A stretch of DNA of 64,000 nt from assembly GCA_000004695.1 (NCBI GenBank), contig CM000152.2, forward strand, positions 4,416,001-4,480,000, in the 5' to 3' direction. The position numbers and the translations under genes were made by a program. Position 1 is the first letter of the stretch; every line of letters starts with the position of its first letter. The stretch is from Dictyostelium discoideum (taxonomy: Eukaryota). Under the pieces are notes generated by a model. It searched no databases, was not told the origin of the DNA, and saw only the letters and a program-made list of their open reading frames with translations. Below are positions 26,060 to 40,044 of the stretch, in pieces.

Positions 26060-26671
26060 TATTGAACATAAAGAATATTTTAATATTAAATTTCCCCATA
26101 TTAATTTTAATATAAATTTAATTAAATAGTTATTAAAATTAATTTTAATTTTTTTTTTTTTTTTTTATATATTAAATTACTCATATTATCAATACATTAA
26201 CAACCACCATAATTTTATATATCTACTTTTTTAAATGTTATGTCTCTACACCCACTATCACCACCACCACCACCACCACTTAATAAAAATCAAAAACAAC
26301 AATAATAATAACAACAACAACAACAATAACAACAACCACTATCCCACTACAAATAAATAATAACAACAACCACTTATAAAATTTTAATTTTTTAAACTCA
26401 TAGATGACAAACTTAAAAAAAAAAGATGTAAAAAAAATGGGTGCATGTGTGCTATCAATTCATTCGATGTTGTACAATTTGTCATTCAAATAATTTATTT
26501 TTATTTTTTTATTATTTTTTCCAATTATTTTTTTATATATTTTTTTTTTTTTTATTTAAAAAAAATGACTATTTAAACTGATTATTAAATCTATTCCTTT
26601 TCAAAATTAAACAGTTACAAATAATAATAATAATAATTAAAACACTTCTTTTTAATTTTTTTTATTAAGCA

Positions 26672-26712
<41 letters not shown>

Positions 26713-26748
26713 AAAAAATAAAATAAAATAAAATAAAATATTAAAAAA

Positions 26749-27103
26749 ATGCAAAAAATGGAATTAGAATTTATTTTAAACAATAAAAAACAACCATTAC
26801 ATTTATTTGAAGGAATTTTCTCAAGTTTTGGTATAAACAAAGAAAATGAATTTTATTATAATTATTTAGATTATAAAAATAATAATAATACAAAAAATGA
26901 TAAAAACTATACAAAATGTAATAAAATCAGATTCAATTGTATTAATGGTACACCAATTAATAAATCAAATGTTTCCATAATAGTATCATCAAATAATTTC
27001 TGTAATTCTATGAAACCATCAATTATGAATTGTAATAATACATGTTCTGCCACTCTCGATGATTTAAAATTTTTATGTGATCAAGAATTTATGGTTATTG
27101 AAG

Positions 27104-27108
<5 letters not shown>
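26749..27108 (+). CDS. Hypothetical small Cys-containing protein of 119 aa.
   Basis: It is an ORF only, with no recognisable domain and moderate complexity. Confidence 0.25.
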
Positions 27109-27145
<37 letters not shown>

Positions 27146-27493
27146 AAATCAAATCAAAAACAAAAACAAAAACAAACAAAATCGCTATTAATAAACAATG
27201 TACTATTTATTTTTTAAAAAAACTAAATTTCTTTATTTCTATCATTATTTTTTTTTTTTTTTTCAGTGGTTTGGTGAAATTTACTTCCATTTTTTTTTTT
27301 TTTAATTTTCAAATTAATTTTTTAATTTCTTTTTTTCACTTTTTTTTTTTTTTTTTTTAATTTTTTATTTTTTCCTTTTACAAACAAACAATTCATTTAT
27401 CCAATTCAAAAAAAAACAAACAATTCATTTATTATTATTAATCATAGTCAAAACCAAATAATAATAATTCAAAAAAAAAAAAAAAAAAAAAAA

Positions 27494-27721
27494 ATGGAAA
27501 GTAAAAAATATAAAATTGAAGGGAGAGATGAACTTTTAGATAAAGAAGAGATTTTAAAATTATTAGGAGAAGAATCAGGATCATCAGCTCCATATTCATT
27601 TGAATTTAATGATTCTAAAAATCATTTATACTTTTTATCAAATGTAAAAGATCAAAAGAATATTAAAAATATTCATTACATTGATATGAATAGTGATTCA
27701 AAAGGTTTGTTAAACATTTTC

Positions 27722-27782
<61 letters not shown>

Positions 27783-30173
27783 ATAATAATAATAATAATA
27801 ATTTATTAATACTATTTTTTATTTTTTTTATTTATTTATTTTCAAATAAATAATCAATAGAAATTAAACCATTGTTTAATTATGTTGATAAGGATGTTGA
27901 ACTATCAATTGAAGATCAATTACAAAGAGAAAGAATGAGAACTGCTGCTAATGGTATCACTCAATTTACTTTTGATCAAAAGTAAGTTTTTTTTTTTTTT
28001 ATTTATTTTTTTATATAAACCCTAAGAATTCTAAAAATTAAAATTTTTATTTTTTTTATTTTTTTATTTTTTTATTTTTTTTATTTTTTTAAGGCATCAA
28101 TTTATAATTGCACCAATTAATAATAAAATTAATAAAATTGATATTAAAGAATCAATTACAAAACCAATTATTAAAGAGATTGTTGGTGAAACATATAATC
28201 ATCAAATTTCAGCAGATGGAAAGATTGTATCATTTTTAAAGGATAAAGATATTTGGATTACAGATATTTCAACAAATGCAATGTATAGAATTACATTTTC
28301 AAATGATGAAAAACACCATAAATTTAGATATGCCGGTGATATTGGATTCATTTATGCAGAGGAGTTTTCACGTTATACTGGCTACTGGTGGTCACCAATC
28401 GTAGGAACATGTGTCAAAACTGGTAAACCAATGTATACAATTTGTTATTTGGAAGAGGACGAAACCAATGTTATGGACTACCACATACCAACATCCGACC
28501 TAAGAGGTAAAACCACCCAATACAAGTACCCCTTAGCCGGTGAAAAGAATTCAATTTGTAAAGTCTGTTTAGTCTCATTCGTGTTACCAACTAGAACTAC
28601 TTTTCAAGATAGTAAAATCGAAATTGTTAAAAGTGAATTATTCGACCTAAAAACTCAATTCCCATGGGCTGAATACATAACCAGAGCTGGTTGGACACCC
28701 AATGGTCACTCAATCTATTTACAACTATTAGATAGAAAACAACAACATTTAGCATTAGTCATGGTGCCATTACATGTCTTTGCTGAAGACTACTCCTCCT
28801 CCTCCTCCTCCTCGGTTAAAAGCATTCCAAAACTACCAGTACTCATTGAAGAAACTACCTCAGTTTGGATTAATATTGAATTTTCATTTCAATTTTTAAA
28901 ATCTATTGAAAATCAATTAATTTGGTCAAATGAGCAATCTGGTTATCGTCATCTTTATTTAATAAAATGGGATAAGAATTTCACAAATATTCAATCAACA
29001 CCAATCACTTTATCAACTTGTAATGATAATGATAATGATAATAATAATTGGATGGTTTCAAGTGATGATATTCATATTGATGAAAAAAGAAAATTAGTTT
29101 ATTTCACTGGTACAAAAGATACTTGTTTAGAACAACATTTATATGTTACAAGATTTGATAAACCAAATTCTGAAATTAAAAGATTATCACATGCAAACTT
29201 TAGTCATAGATCAATTTCAATTTCAAGTAACTTTAAAAAATTCATAACAACTTATTCAAATATTTCAACAATTTCAAAAACTGAAGTATTTGATTTAATT
29301 TATAATGATGATAATAATGACAATAATGATATTTATCCAATTGTTAAATCATCATTTTTTATTAATGATGATGATGATGATGATGATAATGATAAAAAGA
29401 AAATTAATATTAATATTCCAAAAATTTTTAATTTTAAAAATTCAAAAGGTGTTACAATTTATGGTCAATATACATTACCATCAGATTATTCAAAAGATAA
29501 GAAATATCCAACTGTTGTATATGTTTATGGTGGACCACATGTTCAAATAGTACGTAATCAATATAACTATATTAAACAACATTATACAAATTTTGGATTC
29601 ATTCAAGTTATGATTGATAATGTTGGTAGTGCAAATAGAGGTTTAGAATTCGAGTCTCATATTCGTGAGAAAATGGGTCAAGTTGAGATTGGTGATCAAG
29701 TTGAGGGTATTAATTATTTAGTTGGTAATGATATTGTGTCGATTGATGTTAATAGAATCGCAATTTCAGGTTGGAGTTATGGTGGCTACAATTCATTGAT
29801 GGCAATTAGTCAAAGACCTGATGTCTTTAAAATTGCAGTTTGTGGCGCACCAGTTAGTGATTGGCGTTTATATAATACAGGTTACACTGAACGTTATATG
29901 AATGTGCCTCAAGATAATATTGATGGCTATAAATTGGGTGATACAACTCATTATTCATTCCCAACTGAAGAAAATCGTCTCTTATTAATTCATGGTCTTC
30001 AAGATGAAAATGTCCATTTCTCAAATACAATTTATATCATTGATCATTTAACTAAAACTCAAAAACCATATATCTTAAAAACTTTACCAAATGAAAGACA
30101 TGGTGTTAGAAACACTGATAATAGAATTTATATTGGTCTTTTTGTAATTAATCATTTATTAAAAAATTTATAA
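27494..30173 (+). CDS. Dipeptidyl-peptidase 8/9-like cytosolic serine peptidase (S9B, DPP-IV family) of about 803 aa. Exons: 27494..27704, 27861..27981, 28094..30173.
   Basis: YAEEFSRYTGYWWSP matches the DPP8/9 motif EEFDRFTGYWWCP. Also present are KKYPTVVYVYGGPHVQI and the catalytic serine in GWSYGGY. YTERYM and LLIHGLQDENVHF complete the triad region. There is no signal peptide or TM segment. Donors are G|GTTTGT (weak) and AA|GTAAGT; acceptors are CAATAG and TTTTAAG; phases are 1 and 2. Intron 1 carries an A(43) homopolymer. Confidence 0.85.
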
Positions 30174-30201
30174 AATTAAAAAATAAAAAATAATTTTTCT
30201 C

Positions 30202-30232
<31 letters not shown>

Positions 30233-30524
30233 CCAAAAATTGTAATATAATATTATTTTAAGTAATCATTTTTCTTCAAAAAATAAATAAAAAAATAAAT
30301 AAATAAATAAATAAAAAAAAACAAAACGTTAAAATTTAATGAATAAAATATCCATTAATTTTTTTTTTTTATTTTTTGTTTTTATTTTTATATTTTTTAA
30401 AATTTTTTTTATATTTTTTTAATAATAAATTTTTCATTTTATAAAATTGATTTGATTTAATTATTATAAATTAAAATTTCTACAAAAAAATAATTTGAAT
30501 CCTTAAATATTTTATTCCAATTTG

Positions 30525-30555
<31 letters not shown>

Positions 30556-31230
30556 TTTTTTTATTTTTTGTTTATTGTAATAATTAATAATAAAAACTTT
30601 TTTGTAAATAATTAGTTTTAACAAACAATTTTATTAAATTTGTGGTTTATGTACATTAATGAATAAAAAAAAAAAAAAAAGGTCCAATTTACAAATAATT
30701 TCAAAAATAATTGTAAAAATAATTTTGTTCTCGTTAATGTTTATTTAATATTGCCAAAATTAATTTTTGTTTAGAGTTTTTTTTTAAAAAAAAAAAAAAA
30801 AAATAATAATAATTAGATTTTGAATTTAATTGTTTATGAAAGTAGTAGAGATGTTTTAAATATAATATAAAATTTTTAAAAAAAGTAAAATTAAAAATTA
30901 AAAATTAAAAATTAATAATAATAAATAAACTTGTTGAAAAGACACCACACATACTACCAAATTGGTATAACCTTTCTAAAAGCGTATAAAATAAATACAA
31001 AATATTAGATATAGTATGGATAAATATAAAAAATGATTATTACTATTTTTTTTTTTTTACTTTTGATGAGCACATATGTTTTTTTTTCTCTTTTGATCAT
31101 TTATCAAATAAATAAATAAAATTTTTACTCACCCTACACGCACCCCACTGATCCACTTATTCTTAAAAAAAAAACAACTAAAAAATATTTATATCTATAA
31201 TATCCTTAAAATAATAAAATAGTAACATTC

Positions 31231-31264
<34 letters not shown>

Positions 31265-32073
31265 ACCACACTTCTCAAATTATTTAACTTAATAATATAA
31301 ACCACTCCAACCATCATTCAACCACACCCTATTTTTTTTATTTTTTATTTTATCAATTAATTTTTTTTTATATATTTAATTATTATTATTTTTTTTTTTT
31401 TTTTAATAAAATTTTTTTTTTTTTCTTTTTTTATTTAAACCATTTATTTGTTTTTATTTGTTTTATTTCAAAAAAAAAATAAAAAAAAAATAAAAAAAAA
31501 TTAAAAAAAATAAAAATAATTTTGCTTTAATTTTTTTTTTATTTTTTTTTAATTTTAATTTTTTTTAATTTTTTGGTTTTTTTTTATTTTTTTTTTTTTT
31601 TTTTTATTTTTTTTTTTCAAAAACTGTCTTTTCTTTCCCTTCAAACAAAATTTATAATCTAAAAGTTTATTTTTATTTTTCCCAATTATAAAAATAGTAA
31701 TTAATATAAAAATAATAGCTTGTGTGCTTTTAAACAAAATATCATCATCATATCCATAAAATTAATATTTTTTTTTAAAAAAATTTTAATTCATCAACAA
31801 AAAAAAAAAAAAAAATAATAACTAAAAAAAAAAAAAAAAAAAAAAAAATTAAATAAGAATTATTTTCTAAATTATTTTTTATTTTTGTATTATACTCACC
31901 ACAACCACATAAATTTGGTTCGCACTCCTTAAAAAAAAAAAATAAAATAAAATAAAAAAGTAAAATTTAATTTTTTTTTAAAAACTTTTAAAAAAAAAAA
32001 AAAGATAATAGTAACATAATAGTAATATAAAATAACAAACTTTTTTAATAAATCAATTATATATATATATAAA

Positions 32074-32170
32074 ATGTCATCAGCAGAATTCTCAATGGAC
32101 GATTTTGAAGATACTTTTGACTCAAACGCAACTATCTCTACTAAAGATTTATTTGAAGGTTCAGAGTATG

Positions 32171-32219
<49 letters not shown>

Positions 32220-32906
32220 CTATTATATTATTTTTTAATTTAATTCAAATATTAACTATTTTTATTTTATTTTCTTCTTTTATTATTTCAACACTTTTTT
32301 TTTTTTATTTTTTTTATTTTTCTTTTCTTTTTTGGTTCTTTTTTTTTAATGAGTATAGTAGGTTACCATTAAATCAAAGTATAAATACAACAATTCAAAA
32401 TTTATATTTACCAAATGGTGGATTTGCAATTGGCGATCAAAGCCAACAACAATATTACCAAGCAATGCCACCATTAAACCAAAGTGATCAATTCAATTTA
32501 GGAAGATCAAATAATTTGACACCAAGAACAAATCAACTTCAACAACTTCAACAACAACAACAACAACAACAACAACCACAACAACAACAACAACAACAAA
32601 CATATGGTACTCAATCACCAATTCATATGTCACAAACTCCTTCAAGTCCTTTATCATCTCCATTACCAAGTCCAACTCCATTCAGTAGACAACAAAGTTA
32701 TAACAACAACAATAGTAATAATACTTCATCATCACAAAATTATAATAATAATAACATTAACATCAATAACAATAACAACAATAACAATACAAACAATAAC
32801 AACAACAACAATAATGGTAACAATAGTAATGGTAACAATGGTAATAATAATAACAACAACAACAACAATAACAATAACAATACTAACAATAATAATAATA
32901 ATAATC

Positions 32907-32974
<68 letters not shown>

Positions 32975-33386
32975 GGTAATCCAAATTTAAGTTCACCACA
33001 ACCAATTCTTGATACAATTTATAAATTATTATCAGAACAAGAACAAACATTAGTTCAAATGATTCATGAACAATCATTGTTATTAAATAGGTTACCACCA
33101 ACATTGGATGAAAATTCATTAGCACCACTCAAATCATTATCTCAAAAACAAATCACATTATCCGGTCAAATGAATACTGAAATGTCAGCACTTGATGCCA
33201 CTAAAAAAGGTATGATCCTTGAACCAACAGATTTAGCAAAATTATTTGCTTTAAAACAAGATTTACAAATTCAATTTAAACAATTAAGTTTATTACATAA
33301 TGAAATTCAATCAATTTTAAATCCACAACATTCTGCACCAAAACCAAAGTATGTAAAATAATAATATTAATAATAATAATAATAAT

Positions 33387-33417
<31 letters not shown>

Positions 33418-34633
33418 TTAATAATAATAATAATAATAATATTAATAATAATAATAATAATAACAAACTTTTTATTTTTATTTTTTGAATAAATTAGTGT
33501 TGCACTTGTATTAAAATCACAACCATTCCCAGTTGTAATTAGTAAAGGTAAACAATTAGGTGAGAATCAATTAGTTGTATTAGTATTAACTGGAGCAAGA
33601 TCAAACTTTCATATAAATGGACCAGTTAAAGCAACAATGATTTGTGATTCACATCCAACCAATAAAAATAATCCAACTACACCATTGGAAATGGATTCAC
33701 AACCAATTTATCCAGCAACATTGACAGCACATTTCCCATTGAAATTCTTGGCTGGTACTAGAAAGTGCTCTGTCAATTTGAAATTTGGTGTAAATATTCG
33801 TGATTTAGATAATGTTACCACAACCGTAGAGAGTGATGCATCCAATCCATTCGTTGTTATCACCAATGAATGTCAATGGGAGGGTAGTGCTGGTGTATTA
33901 TTGAAAAAGGATGCTTTCGATGGTCAATTGGAAATCACTTGGGCTCAATTCATCAATACCCTTCAAAGACATTTCTTAATTGCCACTAAACAAGATCCTG
34001 TAAGACCAAAACGTCCACTCTCTTCCTATGATTTGAAATATATTCAAACTCATTTCTTTGGTAATCGTTCAATCATTCACCAACAAGATTTCGATAAATT
34101 TTGGGTTTGGTTCGGTAAATCAATGCAAACTCTTAGATATCAAAGACATATTTCAACTTTATGGCAAGAAGGGTAAGTTTAAAAAAATTTTATTTTTAAT
34201 TTTATTTATTTATTTTTAAAAAGTATATTAATATTGTTTTTTATTTTTTATTTTTTATTTTTAAAGTATCATTTATGGTTATATGGGTAGACAAGAAGTT
34301 AATGATGCTTTACAAAATCAAGATCCAGGCACATTTATTATAAGATTTAGTGAAAGAAATCCTGGTCAATTTGGTATTGCTTATATTGGTGTTGAAATGC
34401 CAGCTCGAATTAAACATTATTTGGTTCAACCAAATGATACTGCTGCCGCAAAGAAAACTTTCCCTGACTTTTTATCAGAGCATTCTCAATTCGTAAACTT
34501 ACTTCAATGGACTAAGGATACAAATGGTGCACCAAGATTTTTAAAATTACACAAAGATACTGCTTTAGGTTCCTTTGCTCCAAAAAGAACAGCTCCTGTA
34601 CCTGTTGGTGGTTATGAACCTTTAAATAGTTAA
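32074..34633 (+). CDS. dstA: STAT transcription factor, most consistent with Dd-STATa; the spliced product is 707 aa. Exons: 32074..32165, 32359..33348, 33498..34172, 34267..34633.
   Basis: The N-terminal half is Q/N-rich. The STAT DNA-binding region is VALVLKSQPFPVVISKGKQLGENQLVVLVLTGARSNFHINGPVKATMICDSH. The SH2 domain is GYMGRQEVNDALQNQDPGTFIIRFSERNPGQFGIAYIG. A tyrosine lies 6 residues from the C-terminus (…VGGYEPLNS), which is residue 702 of 707, matching the published Tyr702 site of Dd-STATa. All donors are GTATGT or GTAAGT, with TATAG/TTAG/AAAG acceptors and phases 2, 2, 2. Confidence 0.85.
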
Positions 34634-35019
34634 AATATATATAATTTATATATATATTAAAATGGTGTATGATTTAAAAATAATATTATAATAATTTTTC
34701 AAAAAAAAAAAAAAAAAAAAAAAAAAAAACAAAAAAAAAAAAAAAAAGACTAAATAATTGATCTTGTATCTAATGAAAAACAAATAATAATAATTTTATC
34801 CGAAGATCTCATTTGTTTGTCGACTGTTGTATACAAAAAAAAAATAAAAAAAAATAATAAAAAAAAAAATTTTAAAAAAAAAAAATTAAAATAAAAAAAA
34901 ATATATACATAACAATAGAAGAGACGCACAACATATTGTATATATTTTTTTTTTGTTTTTTTTTTAATATTAAAAAGTTTACAAAAAGGAAAGTTTGAAA
35001 GTTTTTATAAAGCAACCAT

Positions 35020-36035
35020 TCATTCTATGCCACAAATTCTTCGTCCTCTAGTTTCATCAAATTCCAATTCCAAATAAACATGATTTGCCCTGCATTCCCT
35101 AGCAAAAATATTCAAATGTTTTTTATCCAACAAAATCATAACAAGTTCCAATTTGTTTGGATGGTAATATATTGGTTGGTTAGAAGTATTATTATTGGTT
35201 TGGCTAATAGAACCACCTTGATTTTGATTATTATTTCCATTATTGATAATAACGGTTCTATTTCCAATACATGGTGAATAAAAAAATAGGGATTTTTGAC
35301 CTCTGACGTCAAATTCATAGCTAACACATCCAGTTAATTTAAAATAGAAATATAGACTTAAAAATGCACAAAAAAGGTTCAAAAGGTTCATTGCAAACAT
35401 ATTGAATATTGGATTTAATTGGAAATCTGGTGATGGTTCCCAATAAAAATAAGGAGTTTGAAATGAATCTTTATAAATTCTTGCTTGTTCTACTAAACCA
35501 GCAGTACATGTGATAATTCCAATTATAACGACAATTAATACGCCTCTTTTATTTCCATATACACTATCCACTGGAGCTAATGCATTAAAATAAGATGCAT
35601 CTATACTTAATTTTCCATCAAGCTTTTTTAAATCATATTCCCCTTTTTTTTTTTTTTTTTTAAAAAAAAAATTATAGTAATTATTAATAAAAGATTAATT
35701 ACATTTTTTAATTATTATTTTAATTAGCCTTTTTTAAAAAACTTACACATTAAAGCTTGTCTTCCAAGGAGAATAAAAAAGTTTAATCCTATTGTTAGAA
35801 TAGTAGCCCAAAAATAAGACATATTAATGTTTGAAAATGCACCAACAGCAACACCAAAGATTATATAATCAAAACCATTAAAAGCACCCCTCCAATGACC
35901 GGCTTGGTCTGCCCTATATTTTATTGTACCAACATCATTTGGTTGTTTCTCATGAGCTTGTAAATTAACATTGTCTTGTTTTCTTATTTCTTTTATGATT
36001 GTTTGGCAATGGTTACAATTACTATTATTTTCCAT
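35020..36035 (-). CDS. Predicted multi-pass membrane protein of unknown function, about 289 aa. Exons: 36035..35747, 35600..35020.
   Basis: Exon 1 is MENNSNCNHCQTIIKEI…FDYIIFGVAVGAFSNINMSYFWATILTIGLNFFILLGRQALM, then a phase-1 GTAAGT donor and an AGTATAG acceptor. Exon 2 has further hydrophobic helices (VLIVVIIGIITCTAGL, IFNMFAMNLLNLFCAFLSLYFYF). The acceptor was chosen for phase compatibility, so the exact junction is uncertain. Confidence 0.5.
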
Positions 36036-36795
36036 TTCTTTTATTTATTTATTTCTTTATTAATAGGAGAATAATACAAATAAATTTCTTTTTAAATATA
36101 CAAGAAATTTATAATTAAAAAAAAAAATTTATAATAAAAAAAAAAAAAAATTAAAAAAAAAAATTAAATAAATAATAATATTATTTTTGATTTGTTAATT
36201 ATAGAGCCTTCTATAATAGGTTGAATCAAAGAAAAACATTTCTTAAGAGAATATAATTTTTTCAATTTGGTATTCACTTAAAATATTAAAAAACATTGAA
36301 TGGGTTTGATTTTAATTGTTTTGGTGGTTATCACTGGAGGGTATTTTTTGTATGATTATTTTTTTTTTTTTTTATACAAATTATTTCTTCCCACCAAGGA
36401 AATACTCCTCGATTTAGTTTAAATTTGCTAAAAATAAAAATTTCCTGAAAAAAACAAAACCCCAAAAAAAAAAAAAAAAAAAATATTGATTAACATACTA
36501 TTTGTGTTAATCAATACCACACAATAAATAAAAAATTTATTCATTTTTTTATTACACACATGGAATAAAGAGTGGTTATTTTTATTGGGGCAAAATAATT
36601 ATAGCACTGTCACTTAATAATTTAAGAACAACACACAAATAAAATACACACAAATATTACATTTTTAAAAAATAAATAACCAAAATTTTTAAATTTTAAT
36701 TTTTTTAATTAATTATTTTTGAGTTTGATAAAAGATTAAATTTATTATGTACAGTTATTTTTTTATATTTTTACTTTTTATTAATATTAATTATT

Positions 36796-39700
36796 TTAAT
36801 CGTATTCTTCGTATGATTCACTTGAGGAAGTAAAAAAATTTGAAACATCCTCTGATCCATCAGATTGTTCTTCCTCCAATTCTGGTTCAGTACCAGATGA
36901 AATATTTAAATAATCTCTCATACTTGTATTTAAATCAGGTTTCTCGATACTTGAATCAAATGATACGTTATCAATCTCTTCTTCTTCTTGTTCTGCTTCT
37001 TCTTCTTCTTGTTCACCATCACTTTTTTTTTTTTTTTTTGGTTTCTCTTTTTCAATTGATTTTCTCTTATTTTTATTTTTCTTTTTATCTTCAATTTCAC
37101 TAATTTCTTCACTTAATATTTCATTATCATCATGTTGACTTTTCTCTTTTTTACTTGATTTTCTTTTATTTTTATTTTTATTTTTCTTTTTCTTTTTAAT
37201 TTCTTCTTCACTAATTTCTTCATAGTCTTCATGTTCTTCCTGTTCTTGTTCTTTTTGATCACTTTGGATTTCTTGATCAGACTCATCACTTGATTTTTTT
37301 TTATTTTTATTTTTATTTTTATTTTTCTTTTTCTTTTTCTTTTTAATTTCTTCTTCACTAATTTCTTCATAGTATTCTTCTTCTTGTTCTTTTTGATCAC
37401 TTTGGATTTCTTGATCAGATTCATCACTTGATTTTCTTTTATTTTTATTTTTGTTTTTATTTTTCTTTTTCTTTTTCTTTTTAATTTCTTCTTCACTAAT
37501 TACTTCATAAACTACTTCTTGATCACTTTGAATTTCTTGATCTTCAGATTCATCATTTGATTTTCTTTTATTTTTATTTTTCTTTTTCTTTTTATCTTTA
37601 TTTTTCTTTTTATAATTTGATTCACTAATTTCTTCATTTATTATTTCATCATCATTTTCAATTGATTTTCTTTTCTTTTTATTTTTCTTTTTCTTTTTAA
37701 TTTCCACCTCTTCTTCACTAATTTCAATAATTTCTTCAACAATTTCTTCTTCTTCTTCTTCTTTTTCTTCGCTCTCTTCATGTTCAATTTCTTTTTCAGT
37801 TTCTTTTTCTTGATCAGATTCAGAGGATTGTTGAGAATCTTCTTGTTGACTTTCTTCATCTTCAGAGGAAGAGTATTTAACTTTTTTAGATTTAACTCTT
37901 TTTGTTGAATTTGCCCTTGTTGATGATAATTTCTTTGATTGATTTGGTTTTTTAATTTTATCAATAATTGATAAAAGTTCATCTTGTTGTTCATCTGTTA
38001 ATTCTTGTTGATGAATATCTTTACTACCACAATCATTGTTATTATTATTATTATCAGTTTCATCATCTTTTTCAATTATTAATAATGATTTCAAATATTG
38101 ATGATACTTTGAAAGTTGACCATTATATGGTTTAGAATTGATTTCATTTGACATTTTATTCGATAGGAATAATAGTTGTTGAATTGATTCTAAACTTAAA
38201 AATGATTTATCCAATTTAAAAAGTTGAAATAATTTACAATGATTCTTACCAATTGTTGTATCACCAATAATCTCTAAAGATAAATTAAATAGTAATTTAC
38301 AATATAGTTTATTTTCAATTGTTTTAAATTTAATTTCAATTTCTTGTTCATTTAAATTAATATTACCTTCATTTTGTAGTATTTGTTGTTCTTGTTGTTT
38401 TTGTTTTTGTTGAATTTGTTGTTGTTGTTTAATAAAATTTGAAATTAAAGAATTAATTAAATATTGATATAATTTAATTAAAGTTGGTGTTGAAGTAATT
38501 GAGTTTTTAAAAACATTTTGTAAAGAAGGAATAAAAGAATTTTCAATGATTGTTAAAGAGAATTCAAAATCTCTATTTGAAGGTAAAACGAAAACATTAA
38601 AGAAAGAGGATAGAATTTGTTGAGTTGGTTTACCATCATTGGTATGATTGAAAAACATTCCCATCAAGAATGAAAATATATATTGATATTGTTCCATTGA
38701 TACCTTTTTATTCTCTAAATCACAAACTTGATTACAAATAATCTTTGAAATACCTTCAACCAATCTTTGTTGAATCTTTTCTTTACCAATGATTTCATTA
38801 TCTTGAGTTTTTTCAATCTTTTTTAATAATCCATATAATTGATCTAAAATAAATTCAAATGTAATTATGAAATTATTATCATTTTCATCAATTGATTGAT
38901 TTTGATTTTGATTTTCAATTTTATTTTCATTTTCAATTGATTGATCTTGATTTTCAATATTCTTTAATTGTTGTTGCTTTTCTTTAAATTGTTTTTCAAA
39001 AATTTTATTTAATGAATAACCATACCATGATAATAAATCAAATAAACCTTCAATTGACGAAACTAAACCATCATGTTTTTCATCAATTTCAGTTGATGAT
39101 TCTTCATTTGAATTTTGATGATGATTATCTTTTTGTTGATTAAAAAATATTAAAGATTCAGTATCTAAAGATTCTAATAGGGAACAAGTATTCTTTGAAA
39201 GTGTTGAAATATTAATCATCGATTGTAATGATAAAACTTTAATTGCCATTGATTTAACTAAAGAGTTTTCACTACATAAACAATTATCCATAATTAACTC
39301 TATGAAATTGTCAATGGTTGATTTAACTTGATTATTTAATTTCAAAATTTTAGTATTCTTTAAAAAGTGATTTAAAATACTTAGAGATTTAATCCAAATT
39401 TTCTCTTCTAATAGAATTTTTAAATTATAATTCTCTGTAATTTGATTGTATTGTTCTACCTTTAAATGAATTTCATCTCTATATAAATCCAACTTTGAAT
39501 TTAGTTTATCTACAACACTCTTATTTAAATTATTACTAATACTAATACTCTTTGAACCGCTATTGTTGCTTCCAGTATTGCCGTTATTTGAATATTTAGT
39601 TTTAATTAATGTTTTAATATCTTTTCTTTTTTGAGTTAATTTATCAATTGATTCTTTGATTGCAGTCAATTGATTTTGCATTTCAATTTTAATCGATTCA

Positions 39701-40013
39701 CTTTGTTCATTATCAATTAAATTGGTCAATGTTGTTAAACTTGTTATAATGGTTTGTGAATAACCTCTATCGGTACCACTACTACCATTTTCACTAGTAC
39801 TGCTACTATTTTGAGGATTAACCAATTGATATAATAATTCCATCAATGGTTCTAAATGATTATCATCAATACTAATTGACATTAATAATTTTTGAATGAC
39901 ATCAATTAATTGTGATCTACCAGATTCATCTGAAAAATCTAAATATTGAGCAATTAATATTAATTGTGATTGAATAAATATTAATTCATTATCACTATGT
40001 TTTAATTTCTCTG

Positions 40014-40044
<31 letters not shown>

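Noticed and set aside
37113-37994. Two minus-strand poly-K-rich ORFs (127 and 117 aa) and plus-strand ORF 36840..37103 inside the CAP-G tail.
   Set aside because: They are alternative-frame readings of the K/E repeat region. The CAP-G frame is continuous and carries the homology.
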